Assembly: GCA_964397845.1 (NCBI GenBank)
Contig: CAYNKW010000001.1
Span: forward strand, 1 to 56,932
Length of the DNA stretch: 56,932 nucleotides
DNA from: an uncultured Anaerolineae bacterium
GTDB lineage: Bacteria > Chloroflexota > Anaerolineae > CAYNKW01
Reading direction: 5' to 3'
Positions 35,326-44,133 of the stretch are shown here, in pieces (the stretch's first letter is position 1; each line of letters begins with the position of its first letter). The notes beneath the pieces were generated by a model, which was not told the DNA's origin, did no database searches, and saw only the letters and a program-made list of their open reading frames with translations. The translations under genes and the position numbers were made by a program.

Positions 35326-37016
35326 AAAGCCGCAAACGGATCTCCTGCCAGGAATGGCGCTTTATGTGGGTGGTTATCGTGGGCATCCTGGCCGTCACCA
35401 GCTTGCCTTATCTCTATGGCTACCTGTCCAGCCCGGCGGACAAGCAATTCATGGGCTTGATAATAGATGTGCCCGATCACGGCCAATATCTCTCCTGGTG
35501 GCAGAGTTTCCAGGATTCGATCTTGGTCAGCAACAAGCTGACGCCAGAACCCAATGAACCACTCTTCTTTAATCTGCTCTGGTGGGTATTGGCCCAGGTT
35601 TCCCGCTGGACCGGGCTGAGCTATGCGCCAGTGTACCAGGTCTTTCGTTGGATTGCCGGAGGCTCGTTCTTGTGGGCGATCTATCGCTTGATCGCCCAAT
35701 TTCTGGCTGAGGTGCGCCAGCGACGAACGACTTTTTTGCTGATTGCCTTTAGTTCTGGCCTGGGTTGGATGCTCATTGTCCTCAAGTACACATTGACCAA
35801 GGGCGAGCTACTTTTTCCGCTGGACGTGTTCATTGCCGAGGGAAACTCTTTCTTGTGCATCCTGGCCTTTCCGCATTTCACCCTGGCGCTGACGTTGATC
35901 ACTCTGATATTCGAGTTTGTCTGGCGTGGGTGGAAGGAGGCGCGTACAAAGTATATGGCCACCGCCGGCGTGCTCTCTTTACTGCTGGGCTGGAGCCACA
36001 CTTATGACCTGTTGATCATCTATGGTGTCATGGGCACTTTTGCCCTGTTCGTCTGGCTCAAAAGGCGGGCATTTCCCTGGCCCCTCTTTTGGGGCGGGGT
36101 GATCGTCTGTGCACTTTCCTGTTCCGGCGCGATATACTCTGTGATCCTGACGACGGCTGACCCGCTCTGGGAAGAGGTGTTGGCCCAGTTTGCCAACGCC
36201 GGTGTCTACACCCCTCCACCAATGCACCTGGTCATCCTCTTTGGGTTGCCGCTGATCCTGGCCGTGGTGACGGGGATAGGATTGGCCTGGAGAAAGCAGT
36301 GGAATGAAGAGGATCTGTTCGTGGTGGGATGGTTTCTGACCGGCGCCGTACTCAATTACATTCCCACCGATTTTCAGATCCACATGCTCAATAGCTGGCA
36401 GATTCCGATGATGATCCTGGCTACAAGAGGGCTATACGATTTCATTGCACCAGCCATCGCCCAACGGAAGCCTGGAATTCGTGATTCAAAGCCCCGGCCT
36501 GAGGGCAGAGCGAAACGCCTGGTGGTGGCAGCCTTTGTGCTTGCTGTACTACCCACCAACGTCTATCTGTGGGCCTGGCGCTTCACCGAGTTGGCCCGGC
36601 ACGATTACCCTTACTACCTGCACCAGGACGACGCGGCAGCCCTGGATTGGCTGCGGGAGAACACCTCTCCCGATGACATCGTGCTCTCTTCGCTCACGGT
36701 GGGGCAGTACGTGCCAGCCCTCAGCGGTAATACGGCCTTTCTGGCCCACTGGGCGCAGACGGTGGGCTTTTACGACAAGCGAGACCGCGTGATGCACTTC
36801 TTCGACGCCGTGACATCCGATGAGGAACGTATAGAAACTATACGCGCCTTTGGCGTAGACTATGTGTTCCACGGCCCGGCCGAGCGCGCCTTGGGCGGCT
36901 ACGACCCCGCCCCCACCCCGTGGCTGGCGTTGAAGTTTTCTTTGCCCCAGGTTGACGTCTATGCCGTCACATCTGACAAGTTGCCAACAGCCATTGGTTT
37001 AGGAGATACACCATGA
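35307..37016 (+). CDS. Polytopic membrane protein, GT-C-like (putative glycosyltransferase)
   Basis: About 12 TM helices plus a C-terminal soluble domain (DDAAALDWLRENTSPDDIVLS...), the general topology of GT-C enzymes. No diagnostic motif recognised. Confidence 0.55.
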   Translation: MDSSQLKSRKRISCQEWRFMWVVIVGILAVTSLPYLYGYLSSPADKQFMGLIIDVPDHGQYLSWWQSFQDSILVSNKLTPEPNEPLFFNLLWWVLAQVSRWTGLSYAPVYQVFRWIAGGSFLWAIYRLIAQFLAEVRQRRTTFLLIAFSSGLGWMLIVLKYTLTKGELLFPLDVFIAEGNSFLCILAFPHFTLALTLITLIFEFVWRGWKEARTKYMATAGVLSLLLGWSHTYDLLIIYGVMGTFALFVWLKRRAFPWPLFWGGVIVCALSCSGAIYSVILTTADPLWEEVLAQFANAGVYTPPPMHLVILFGLPLILAVVTGIGLAWRKQWNEEDLFVVGWFLTGAVLNYIPTDFQIHMLNSWQIPMMILATRGLYDFIAPAIAQRKPGIRDSKPRPEGRAKRLVVAAFVLAVLPTNVYLWAWRFTELARHDYPYYLHQDDAAALDWLRENTSPDDIVLSSLTVGQYVPALSGNTAFLAHWAQTVGFYDKRDRVMHFFDAVTSDEERIETIRAFGVDYVFHGPAERALGGYDPAPTPWLALKFSLPQVDVYAVTSDKLPTAIGLGDTP

Positions 37017-37768
37017 CAGAACAGACACGCTCGCTAATCATTATCCCCACCTATAACGAGGCCGATAGCCTCGAGCCGTTAGTTTCGACTATCCTGGCTC
37101 TGGACGTCGGCTTGGAGGTTCTGGTTGTTGACGACAACTCTCCTGATGGCACCGGGGAGATCGCTGACCGCTTGAGCCTAGAGTTACCCGACATTCACGT
37201 TTTGCATCGTCCCGGCAAAATGGGGCTGGGTACCGCCTACGTCAAAGGTTTCAAATGGGCCATCGAACGAGGATACGATTACATCTTTGAAATGGATTGC
37301 GACTTTTCCCACGATCCGAGCTATTTGCCCGCCTTTTTGGCCGAGATCGAGTCTGCCGATCTGGTGATCGGTTCGCGCTACGTCAGGGGGGGCAGCACGC
37401 CCAGTTGGGGAATATTGCGCAAGCTCATTAGCTGGGGGGGCAACACTTTTGCTCGGTTGATGCTGCGCCTCGAGACTTGCGACTGTACCGGGGGATTTCG
37501 GTGCTACCGCCGCGAGATACTGCAACAGGTGCCCTGGGAGGAGATTCGCCTGCAGGGCTATGGCTTCCAGGTCGGCGCCGTCTATCACGTGGAGCGTCTT
37601 GGGGGAAAGGTCGTGGAATTTCCCATTATCTTCAAAGACCGCCGGGTCGGTCAGTCCAAGATGTCTTTTGAAATCATCATAGAAGCATTCGCCTACGTGA
37701 CCCGGATGGCCTTACGGGGGAAAAAACGTCAGGTTTCCTGGGCTGCAAAGAGTGGGGGACGACGATGA
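37013..37768 (+). CDS. Polyprenol-monophosphomannose synthase (DPM1/Ppm1-like GT2)
   Basis: LIIIPTYNEADSL, VLVVDDNSPDGTG, GLGTAYVKGF, FEMDCDFSHDP, GSRYV, RRVGQSKMS. ATGA overlaps at both ends. Confidence 0.9.
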   Translation: MTEQTRSLIIIPTYNEADSLEPLVSTILALDVGLEVLVVDDNSPDGTGEIADRLSLELPDIHVLHRPGKMGLGTAYVKGFKWAIERGYDYIFEMDCDFSHDPSYLPAFLAEIESADLVIGSRYVRGGSTPSWGILRKLISWGGNTFARLMLRLETCDCTGGFRCYRREILQQVPWEEIRLQGYGFQVGAVYHVERLGGKVVEFPIIFKDRRVGQSKMSFEIIIEAFAYVTRMALRGKKRQVSWAAKSGGRR

Positions 37769-39303
37769 GTCGAGCCGGGTCAGAGCGTCTTTCAGGTACG
37801 TGGATCGCCGTCGGACTGTTCGCCTTCACGCTTCTCAGCCGGATTCCTCTCCGCTCGCAGATTCTCTATCATTGGGATTCGGTGAATTTCGCCTACGCCA
37901 TGCGCGAGTTCAGCGTGGCCAAAGAACAACCCCAACCGCCGGGTTACATTGTGTACGTTTGGCTCTGCCGTCTGGTGGATTTGCTTTTTGGCGACACTCA
38001 GACTACAATGGTATGGATCAGCGTCGTCGCCAGCGCGCTGGCTGTGGTAGCCCTTTTCTGCTTGGGTCGGTCAATGTTTGATCGTCGGATTGGACTGATG
38101 GCTGCATTGTTTCTGGCTACTTCGCCACTGTTCTGGTTCTACGGTGAGATTGCTCTGCCACATATCCTCGATACCTCGTTGGTGATTGTGGGTGTATGGT
38201 GGTTGTACGAAACAATGCAAGGTGACCATCGCTACCTTTACCCTGCCATCGCAATCGTGGCCATCGCCGGAGGGATACGGCAGCAGACGATTGTCTTTCT
38301 GGCTCCCTTGCTGCTCTTTGCCCTGCACCGGGTGGGGTGGAAACGTTTCCTGGCCGCCGGGGCGTTGGGAACGGTGATCTGCCTGGCTTGGTTCGTTCCA
38401 TTAATGACTCTGAGCGACGGCTTCTCTAACTATATGCGTGTTATGGGCCAGTTTAGTCAGCGCTTCCAAAGCACTACTTCGATTTTCATGGGGGCAGGAT
38501 GGCGAGGGATCGGACGCAACGTGCGCAAGTTGACGATATTTACTTTATATGGATGGGGCTTGGCGCTGACGCCAGCCGTGATCCATGCAGCCAGCAGGCT
38601 CTGGTGGCGCGAATGGTCGCACCGTTGTAGAAAGTTGGTCTTTTTAGTCTTATGGGTTGCTCCTTCCTTGGCGTTTTACACCGTTGTCCACATGGGCCAG
38701 CAGGGACTAGTCTTTGTTTTTCTGCCGGCTCTGCTGTTGTTTAGTGCGGTCGGACTGGCGCAACTGCTGACCATTCAACGTCGTTGGCTGATCGCGGCGA
38801 CGGCTGTCCTGGTAGCTTTGAACGCTGGCATCTTTTGTCTGGTGCCTGAATATCCTTTGGGGGCAGGAACTCAGCGCTTGCTCACTCGCGCCACGTTGGC
38901 CAACTCTGACCACTACTACCAAGATCGCTTCAGGGCCATCGAACAGAATTTTGCCCTGGCGTCCACGGCTATCCTGGCGGCCAACTGGCACCACGTCGAA
39001 TACTATTTGCCAGCATATAGACTGGTTCCTGTTGCTGCTATTCTTATGGAGGAGCTAGGCGAGCAAACAGGCTATCAGCAAGATGAGGAAGAACGGTTGA
39101 ACGTGCAGGATCTAGGCTTGACGCCCGATGCGGACGGCTTGGTCAGAATCATCATCTTTGACGACAAGTTGTCACCTTTCAATGGAACGCCGGATCTGAC
39201 ACAGGCAGTGGAGTTGGATCACGGCGGTCAGATAGAGGTATTTGCACTCTCAGCGGGTCAGATACTATACCTTGGGCAAACTTTTGGAATTGGTGAGCCA
39301 TAG
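37765..39303 (+). CDS. GT-C-like polytopic membrane glycosyltransferase
   Basis: First loop HWDSVNFAYAMREFSVAKEQPQPPGYIVYVW, multiple TM helices, C-terminal soluble domain. Translationally coupled to the Ppm1-like gene. Confidence 0.65.
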   Translation: MSRAGSERLSGTWIAVGLFAFTLLSRIPLRSQILYHWDSVNFAYAMREFSVAKEQPQPPGYIVYVWLCRLVDLLFGDTQTTMVWISVVASALAVVALFCLGRSMFDRRIGLMAALFLATSPLFWFYGEIALPHILDTSLVIVGVWWLYETMQGDHRYLYPAIAIVAIAGGIRQQTIVFLAPLLLFALHRVGWKRFLAAGALGTVICLAWFVPLMTLSDGFSNYMRVMGQFSQRFQSTTSIFMGAGWRGIGRNVRKLTIFTLYGWGLALTPAVIHAASRLWWREWSHRCRKLVFLVLWVAPSLAFYTVVHMGQQGLVFVFLPALLLFSAVGLAQLLTIQRRWLIAATAVLVALNAGIFCLVPEYPLGAGTQRLLTRATLANSDHYYQDRFRAIEQNFALASTAILAANWHHVEYYLPAYRLVPVAAILMEELGEQTGYQQDEEERLNVQDLGLTPDADGLVRIIIFDDKLSPFNGTPDLTQAVELDHGGQIEVFALSAGQILYLGQTFGIGEP

Positions 39304-39379
39304 ACGTGAGAAAGAGGGGCCATCAAATCCATTCCCACGCATTGCAGAGCCTTTTGGACTCCAGGTGGATTGTCATTAG

Positions 39380-40936
39380 ATGTCTATGAGTGACGAGAGA
39401 ATTGACGAGAAGCGAGTTTGGAAACATATCTTGACCATGGCCTGTATAATTATTGCTGTCACGCTGCTGGCGTTCAATCGTGACCGGTGGGCGTTGGCTC
39501 AGGATGGGAACTGGACTGCACCGACGGTCATATCCGCACCACCTGATTTCTCTTGGTTCCCTGACCTTGCTGTAGACGAGCTTGGCTCTGTGCACATCGT
39601 CTGGTGCCAAAGCACCCCACTAGAAAGAGGGGGTATCCAGGAGCAAGTCAATTACACTCATTGGAACGGAGAAGGTTGGTCAGAACCCAATGACATTGTT
39701 CCTCCTTCGGCAGACATTGAGCGCAACGCCATTGCCCCCGATCTGGTAGGAAACGTCCATTTGCTCTTTGGCGGTAGTGCCTATAGCCTCGCAGCTTTGT
39801 ATCATCAGAAGGCCCCCCTGGGCGAGGCACGGTCAGCCAGAGCTTGGTCCACGCCCCACCGCATTAACCAGGGCACAAGCTATATGGGGGACATGGCTGT
39901 TGACTCTCGGGGGGTGATCCACGTCATCTACGATGATACACTCCGCTATGCCGGTGAAGACGAACTAGCCCTGGCAGATATTTTCTACCGTCGCTCCACC
40001 GACGGTGGCCAGACCTGGTCTGTCCCAATCAACCTTTACCCTGAACCACTGATCGGCTCTGCCAGGCCCTACATGGAAATTGATAACAACGGTGCGATCT
40101 ATGTGACCTGGGACGAGGGATGGGATCGTCTTACAGGAGTAAGCAGTGATACTCATTATAGTGTTTACACCTCTTCTTCAGACGGTGGCAAGACCTGGAC
40201 ATCGCCAACCGTGATAAACTATCCGGATGAGACGGTGACTCAACTCACCGTAGGAAGCAATGGAGAAGGCGGCGTTATGCTCGTGTGGCGGGCAACCTCG
40301 GGCGATGAGTTGTTTTACCAATGGTCTATCGACGGCGGCCATTCTTGGGCAGCGCCGTCGGTGATTCCACAACTGTTTACTCGTCTAGACACTATCCCCT
40401 TTGACATGTATGATATGGCAACGGATAGCGCCGGACACATCCATCTGCTCGTTGCCGGTCGCGAGTCTCGGGAAGGGAACGCATTGCTGGGCATTTATCA
40501 CCTGATCTGGGATAGGGAGAATTGGTCATCTCCCACGAGAGTATTTGCGGAATCGGGGTTGTATCCCGAGTATCCCAAGATCGTTGTCCACGAGGGGAAT
40601 CAGCTCCACGCGGCTTGGTTCGCGCGAGAGGGAAGTGTGTGGGATTCTGAGGCGAACAAAAAGGTGTGGTACTCTAGAAGCCAGTCTTCTGCGCCGCATC
40701 AGCCGGTAATGCCTCTACGCACCTCTACGCCAAAGCCTCCTATAGCCACCCCCAGCCCTACTTCTACGGTCACACCCTGCCCCACGGTGAGCCTCGAGAA
40801 CACCGGTTTGCCCGATGGTCTGTATACAGAAAGCGATGACGTGTTTCGATTGGCGCTCGCTCTCTCACCTGTTGCCTTGGTGGTTCTGATTGTAGTGGCC
40901 GTCAAAACGGGTTGGTTGGGCAAGTTGCGGCGGTAG
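39380..40936 (+). CDS. BNR/Asp-box repeat (sialidase-fold-like) surface protein with an N-terminal anchor, Pro/Thr linker and C-terminal TM plus basic tail
   Basis: Asp-boxes RSTDGGQTWS, SSSDGGKTWT, SIDGGHSWA. Linker TSTPKPPIATPSPTSTVTPCPT. C-terminus LALALSPVALVVLIVVAVKTGWLGKLRR. Confidence 0.8.
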   Translation: MSMSDERIDEKRVWKHILTMACIIIAVTLLAFNRDRWALAQDGNWTAPTVISAPPDFSWFPDLAVDELGSVHIVWCQSTPLERGGIQEQVNYTHWNGEGWSEPNDIVPPSADIERNAIAPDLVGNVHLLFGGSAYSLAALYHQKAPLGEARSARAWSTPHRINQGTSYMGDMAVDSRGVIHVIYDDTLRYAGEDELALADIFYRRSTDGGQTWSVPINLYPEPLIGSARPYMEIDNNGAIYVTWDEGWDRLTGVSSDTHYSVYTSSSDGGKTWTSPTVINYPDETVTQLTVGSNGEGGVMLVWRATSGDELFYQWSIDGGHSWAAPSVIPQLFTRLDTIPFDMYDMATDSAGHIHLLVAGRESREGNALLGIYHLIWDRENWSSPTRVFAESGLYPEYPKIVVHEGNQLHAAWFAREGSVWDSEANKKVWYSRSQSSAPHQPVMPLRTSTPKPPIATPSPTSTVTPCPTVSLENTGLPDGLYTESDDVFRLALALSPVALVVLIVVAVKTGWLGKLRR

Positions 40937-40983
40937 AAAAAGGTTATTTCGTGTTCCGTTCTTGCTACCTTGTTTCCTGAAAG

Positions 40984-43900
40984 ATGGGCAAAGTGTGCCA
41001 CAAACCGATGCTGCCAAGAATCCTTGTTCTTTTGCTTGTGTTCACTATCGTCGCACCAATACCCAAGACGAGTAAGGCTACATTAGTTTTCCAGTTGCCG
41101 GAAGACGATTGGCCAATGTTCCAGCACGACCCCGCCCATTCAGGCCGTACGCCAGCCACTGCCTTCAACGATGGCCCGCTCTATCTTCAATGGGCCTACG
41201 CCTTTGGCGAGCGTGTCGAAGTGGAAGCACAACCAATCGTCGCCAATGGTGTGGTTTACCAGGGCGTAATGAACGGCGAAATGCACGCCATTGACGCGCA
41301 TACAGGGGAGACACTTTGGATCAAACGTCCTGGCGGTCCCATCCCCCACACCGCTGCTGTCTATGGCACCAGCGTCTACTTTGGTTCCCTCGACGGAAAC
41401 GTTTATGCTCTCTCTGCCGCTGACGGAAGTAGGGACTGGGAGTTCTCCACCGGCGGCCCCGTGATGTCTGCGCCAACGGTGGTGGATGGGCGGCTGTACG
41501 TTGGTTCCAACGATGGCAACCTGTATGCCCTTGATGCCGTCACAGGGGCTGAACTGTGGCGCGTGGAGACCGGCGGCCCGGTCGTCTCGTCTCCCGCTGT
41601 GGTGGTGGGGCGCGTCTACTTTGGCAGTGAGGACATGGTGGCCCGTTGCGTGGACGCAGTGACAGGCGAGCTACTTTGGGCTACACCACTCTATGGAGCG
41701 GGCATGCATAACACCCACCCGCTGGTTTCCGACGACGGCAGTGTGGTTATCTTTCTTACCGTCAAAGCGGGTGGTTCTTCCTACGTACACAATGAGGGCT
41801 ACCCCAACGTACCTCAGGATGCCGATCCGGTCGAGACGTGGAACACGTACTACGAGAACCACCCAACTCACCGATTTCTTTACTATCTGGACGCCGATAC
41901 CGGTGTCGACCTGTGGGATCCCGCCACCCTGCGTTACGTTCCTATGCCCATCCCCTACTGGGGGCTGCTGCATCCCATCCTGGCTCCCGATGGCAGCGCC
42001 TGGTTTCCAGCCCCTGCAGGCACGAAGGACCATGTATATAATCTCGACCACGACAACCGTCTCTTCCGGGTTGACCTCACTGCCGGCGAGACAACGCAAG
42101 TTGCCGGCGGGCTAATGTCCGAGTTCCAGTTGCGGACGGACGAGGTAGGCCGGCACGTCTTTGCAGGAGGTGACTACTATTACACCATCAGCGAGGATCT
42201 GGGGGTCTACCGTCCGGAGAGCGGTGCGCTGCGCTCGCTGTTCACCGACGGCGGTCCTGGCGGTGGCCACTTTCAGTCTTGCCCTGACCCCTCCAGCCCG
42301 CTGCCCAGCAGGCATGTGTGGCGTTACGGTGGTGCCATTGCCATAGGCCACGTGCCCGGCGCCAGCCCACCTATCGTCGCCAACAATGTGATCTACTTTA
42401 CGTCGTACAGTTGGCTGTATGCCGTCGGGCCGACCGATCGCGGCTACGATTCCGCTACCAGCTTTCCCGCCCGTGACGCGCGGTTGTACGAACTCACCTA
42501 CCCTCGCAGCGATGTGCCTACTTATTCTGATATCCATGCCGAAGTCGCACGGCGCGTCGCCGACATCGTCGCCCTGGGACCAGATTCGCCACCGATGACC
42601 GCGCGGTGGGAGCAGGCTTTCTCGTGGATGTTGCATAATGAGTCCACCTTCGAGTTGTATGGCTTTGAAACAGACCTGGTGCGCGTGCTCTCGGAAGCCT
42701 ACCCCTACCTTTCCACCGCGCAGCAGATCCAACTAAAGAGTTACCTCTCTGCGTTTGTCGCTGATAACCTGCTCAACCCTGACCATTACGCCTATCAACG
42801 ACACTGTATCCACTTTAACGAGAGAGGTCTACACATTGGGGTCGAGAACTGCCTGGTTGACGACAGGGTCATCTCGGTCTGGTGGGCCAATAACCTGAAC
42901 CTGGGCGGACTGCGCTTGTACGCCTTGTGGGCCTATGCCGATGCCACGGGCGATTGGAACGCCATTGAAGCCCACTGGTCGCTCATCACGCAGCAGTTTC
43001 GGGAGTTCCTGGACGCCTACGACCCAGCGCTGGGCTTCTGCAATTTTGAGGAGTGGCTCACAGGGCGGCTCAACATTGGTGCGCAGATCGGGGCGGCGCA
43101 GGCCGTGCGCGACATGGCTGCCCACCTGGATCACACCGATATGCAGGCCCAGGCCGATACCTTGCTGACCAATCTCTTGGACGGCCGCATCGCCTTGGCC
43201 GAATTTGTCCCCCACCTTTACGACATCGGCGAGCGGCAGCCGGCCGAAATCCGGCTCGACCCCAATGGCACGATCAACGGTGATGACCTTGTAACCTACA
43301 ACAGCCAATTGATCCCCTATAGCGCCGCGCTCTGTGACCGGGAGACCGACCCCAGCCAGGTCAACTGGTGGGATGGCAGCGCGTATCGCGTTGACGCCGG
43401 GATCGGGTTCATGCGCTATCCTGCCCTCTCGGGCTACTTTCCGCTCTGCTCCGAAATGATCGCCCGTTTGCGTGCAGATTTGCTCGACAAGACTCGCTAC
43501 TACGTCAAATCATACGAGGTCAACAACCCCTGGTGGTGGATGTCCGACCTGGCTCATCACACGACCTGTGGCGGCGAGCATCTTTACCATAGCCCAACAC
43601 TGGCCTGGACTATGTTCCAGGTCAAAGCCTGGGTGCTGCAAGAGGACTGGGATACCCTGGTGCGCCAGTTGCCCGAGCCGGTCAGCTTTAACAGCCGTTA
43701 TGACCTATATCGCCTGCAGAACCTGGTGACTCTTTTGGCGCAGGTATACCCGATGGCCAAACAAGTGAGTTCAATAATTGCTGATCAGGGAGATGTCTTA
43801 ACATACACCATTTCTCTGGTGGGTACCGGCGCAACTGTCACCCTCACCGACACCATCCCCAGCGGCACAACGTATGTGCCCAACAGCGCTCAGGTCGATC

Positions 43901-44130
43901 CTCAGGTGGACACCCTCACAGCCGATGCTAATCTCATCCATTGGACAGGTATGCTCACGGAGCAAACCTCCCTGGAACTCACCTTCGCCATCACCGTCAC
44001 CGTGGCAGAGCCGTTTGCCATCGTCAACACGGCTACCGTGGACAATGGTGCGGAAAATCGGGAACTGACCGCTACCACTATCGCCAACGGTTTCAAGTCT
44101 TATTTCCCCATCGTAATGAAAGGATGGTGA
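40984..44130 (+). CDS. Exported PQQ-like beta-propeller protein with a large central domain, a C-terminal DUF11-like module and a conserved terminal tail
   Basis: Signal peptide. Repeats GVVYQGVMNGEMHAIDAHTGETLW, VYFGSLDGNVYALSAADGS, LYVGSNDGNLYALDAVTGAELW. DUF11-like GDVLTYTISL...TLTDTIPSGTTYV. Ends ANGFKSYFPIVMKGW-stop. Confidence 0.8.
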   Translation: MGKVCHKPMLPRILVLLLVFTIVAPIPKTSKATLVFQLPEDDWPMFQHDPAHSGRTPATAFNDGPLYLQWAYAFGERVEVEAQPIVANGVVYQGVMNGEMHAIDAHTGETLWIKRPGGPIPHTAAVYGTSVYFGSLDGNVYALSAADGSRDWEFSTGGPVMSAPTVVDGRLYVGSNDGNLYALDAVTGAELWRVETGGPVVSSPAVVVGRVYFGSEDMVARCVDAVTGELLWATPLYGAGMHNTHPLVSDDGSVVIFLTVKAGGSSYVHNEGYPNVPQDADPVETWNTYYENHPTHRFLYYLDADTGVDLWDPATLRYVPMPIPYWGLLHPILAPDGSAWFPAPAGTKDHVYNLDHDNRLFRVDLTAGETTQVAGGLMSEFQLRTDEVGRHVFAGGDYYYTISEDLGVYRPESGALRSLFTDGGPGGGHFQSCPDPSSPLPSRHVWRYGGAIAIGHVPGASPPIVANNVIYFTSYSWLYAVGPTDRGYDSATSFPARDARLYELTYPRSDVPTYSDIHAEVARRVADIVALGPDSPPMTARWEQAFSWMLHNESTFELYGFETDLVRVLSEAYPYLSTAQQIQLKSYLSAFVADNLLNPDHYAYQRHCIHFNERGLHIGVENCLVDDRVISVWWANNLNLGGLRLYALWAYADATGDWNAIEAHWSLITQQFREFLDAYDPALGFCNFEEWLTGRLNIGAQIGAAQAVRDMAAHLDHTDMQAQADTLLTNLLDGRIALAEFVPHLYDIGERQPAEIRLDPNGTINGDDLVTYNSQLIPYSAALCDRETDPSQVNWWDGSAYRVDAGIGFMRYPALSGYFPLCSEMIARLRADLLDKTRYYVKSYEVNNPWWWMSDLAHHTTCGGEHLYHSPTLAWTMFQVKAWVLQEDWDTLVRQLPEPVSFNSRYDLYRLQNLVTLLAQVYPMAKQVSSIIADQGDVLTYTISLVGTGATVTLTDTIPSGTTYVPNSAQVDPQVDTLTADANLIHWTGMLTEQTSLELTFAITVTVAEPFAIVNTATVDNGAENRELTATTIANGFKSYFPIVMKGW

Positions 44131-44133
44131 GTT

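Noticed and set aside
44083-44130. C-terminal aromatic residue (W/Y) of the tagged proteins as an outer-membrane beta-barrel (BamA) signal
   Set aside because: The proteins are soluble multi-domain beta-sandwich or propeller types, not barrels. One of the three ends in K. The tail lacks the alternating hydrophobic pattern of OMP beta-signals. I kept this only as an alternative to test.
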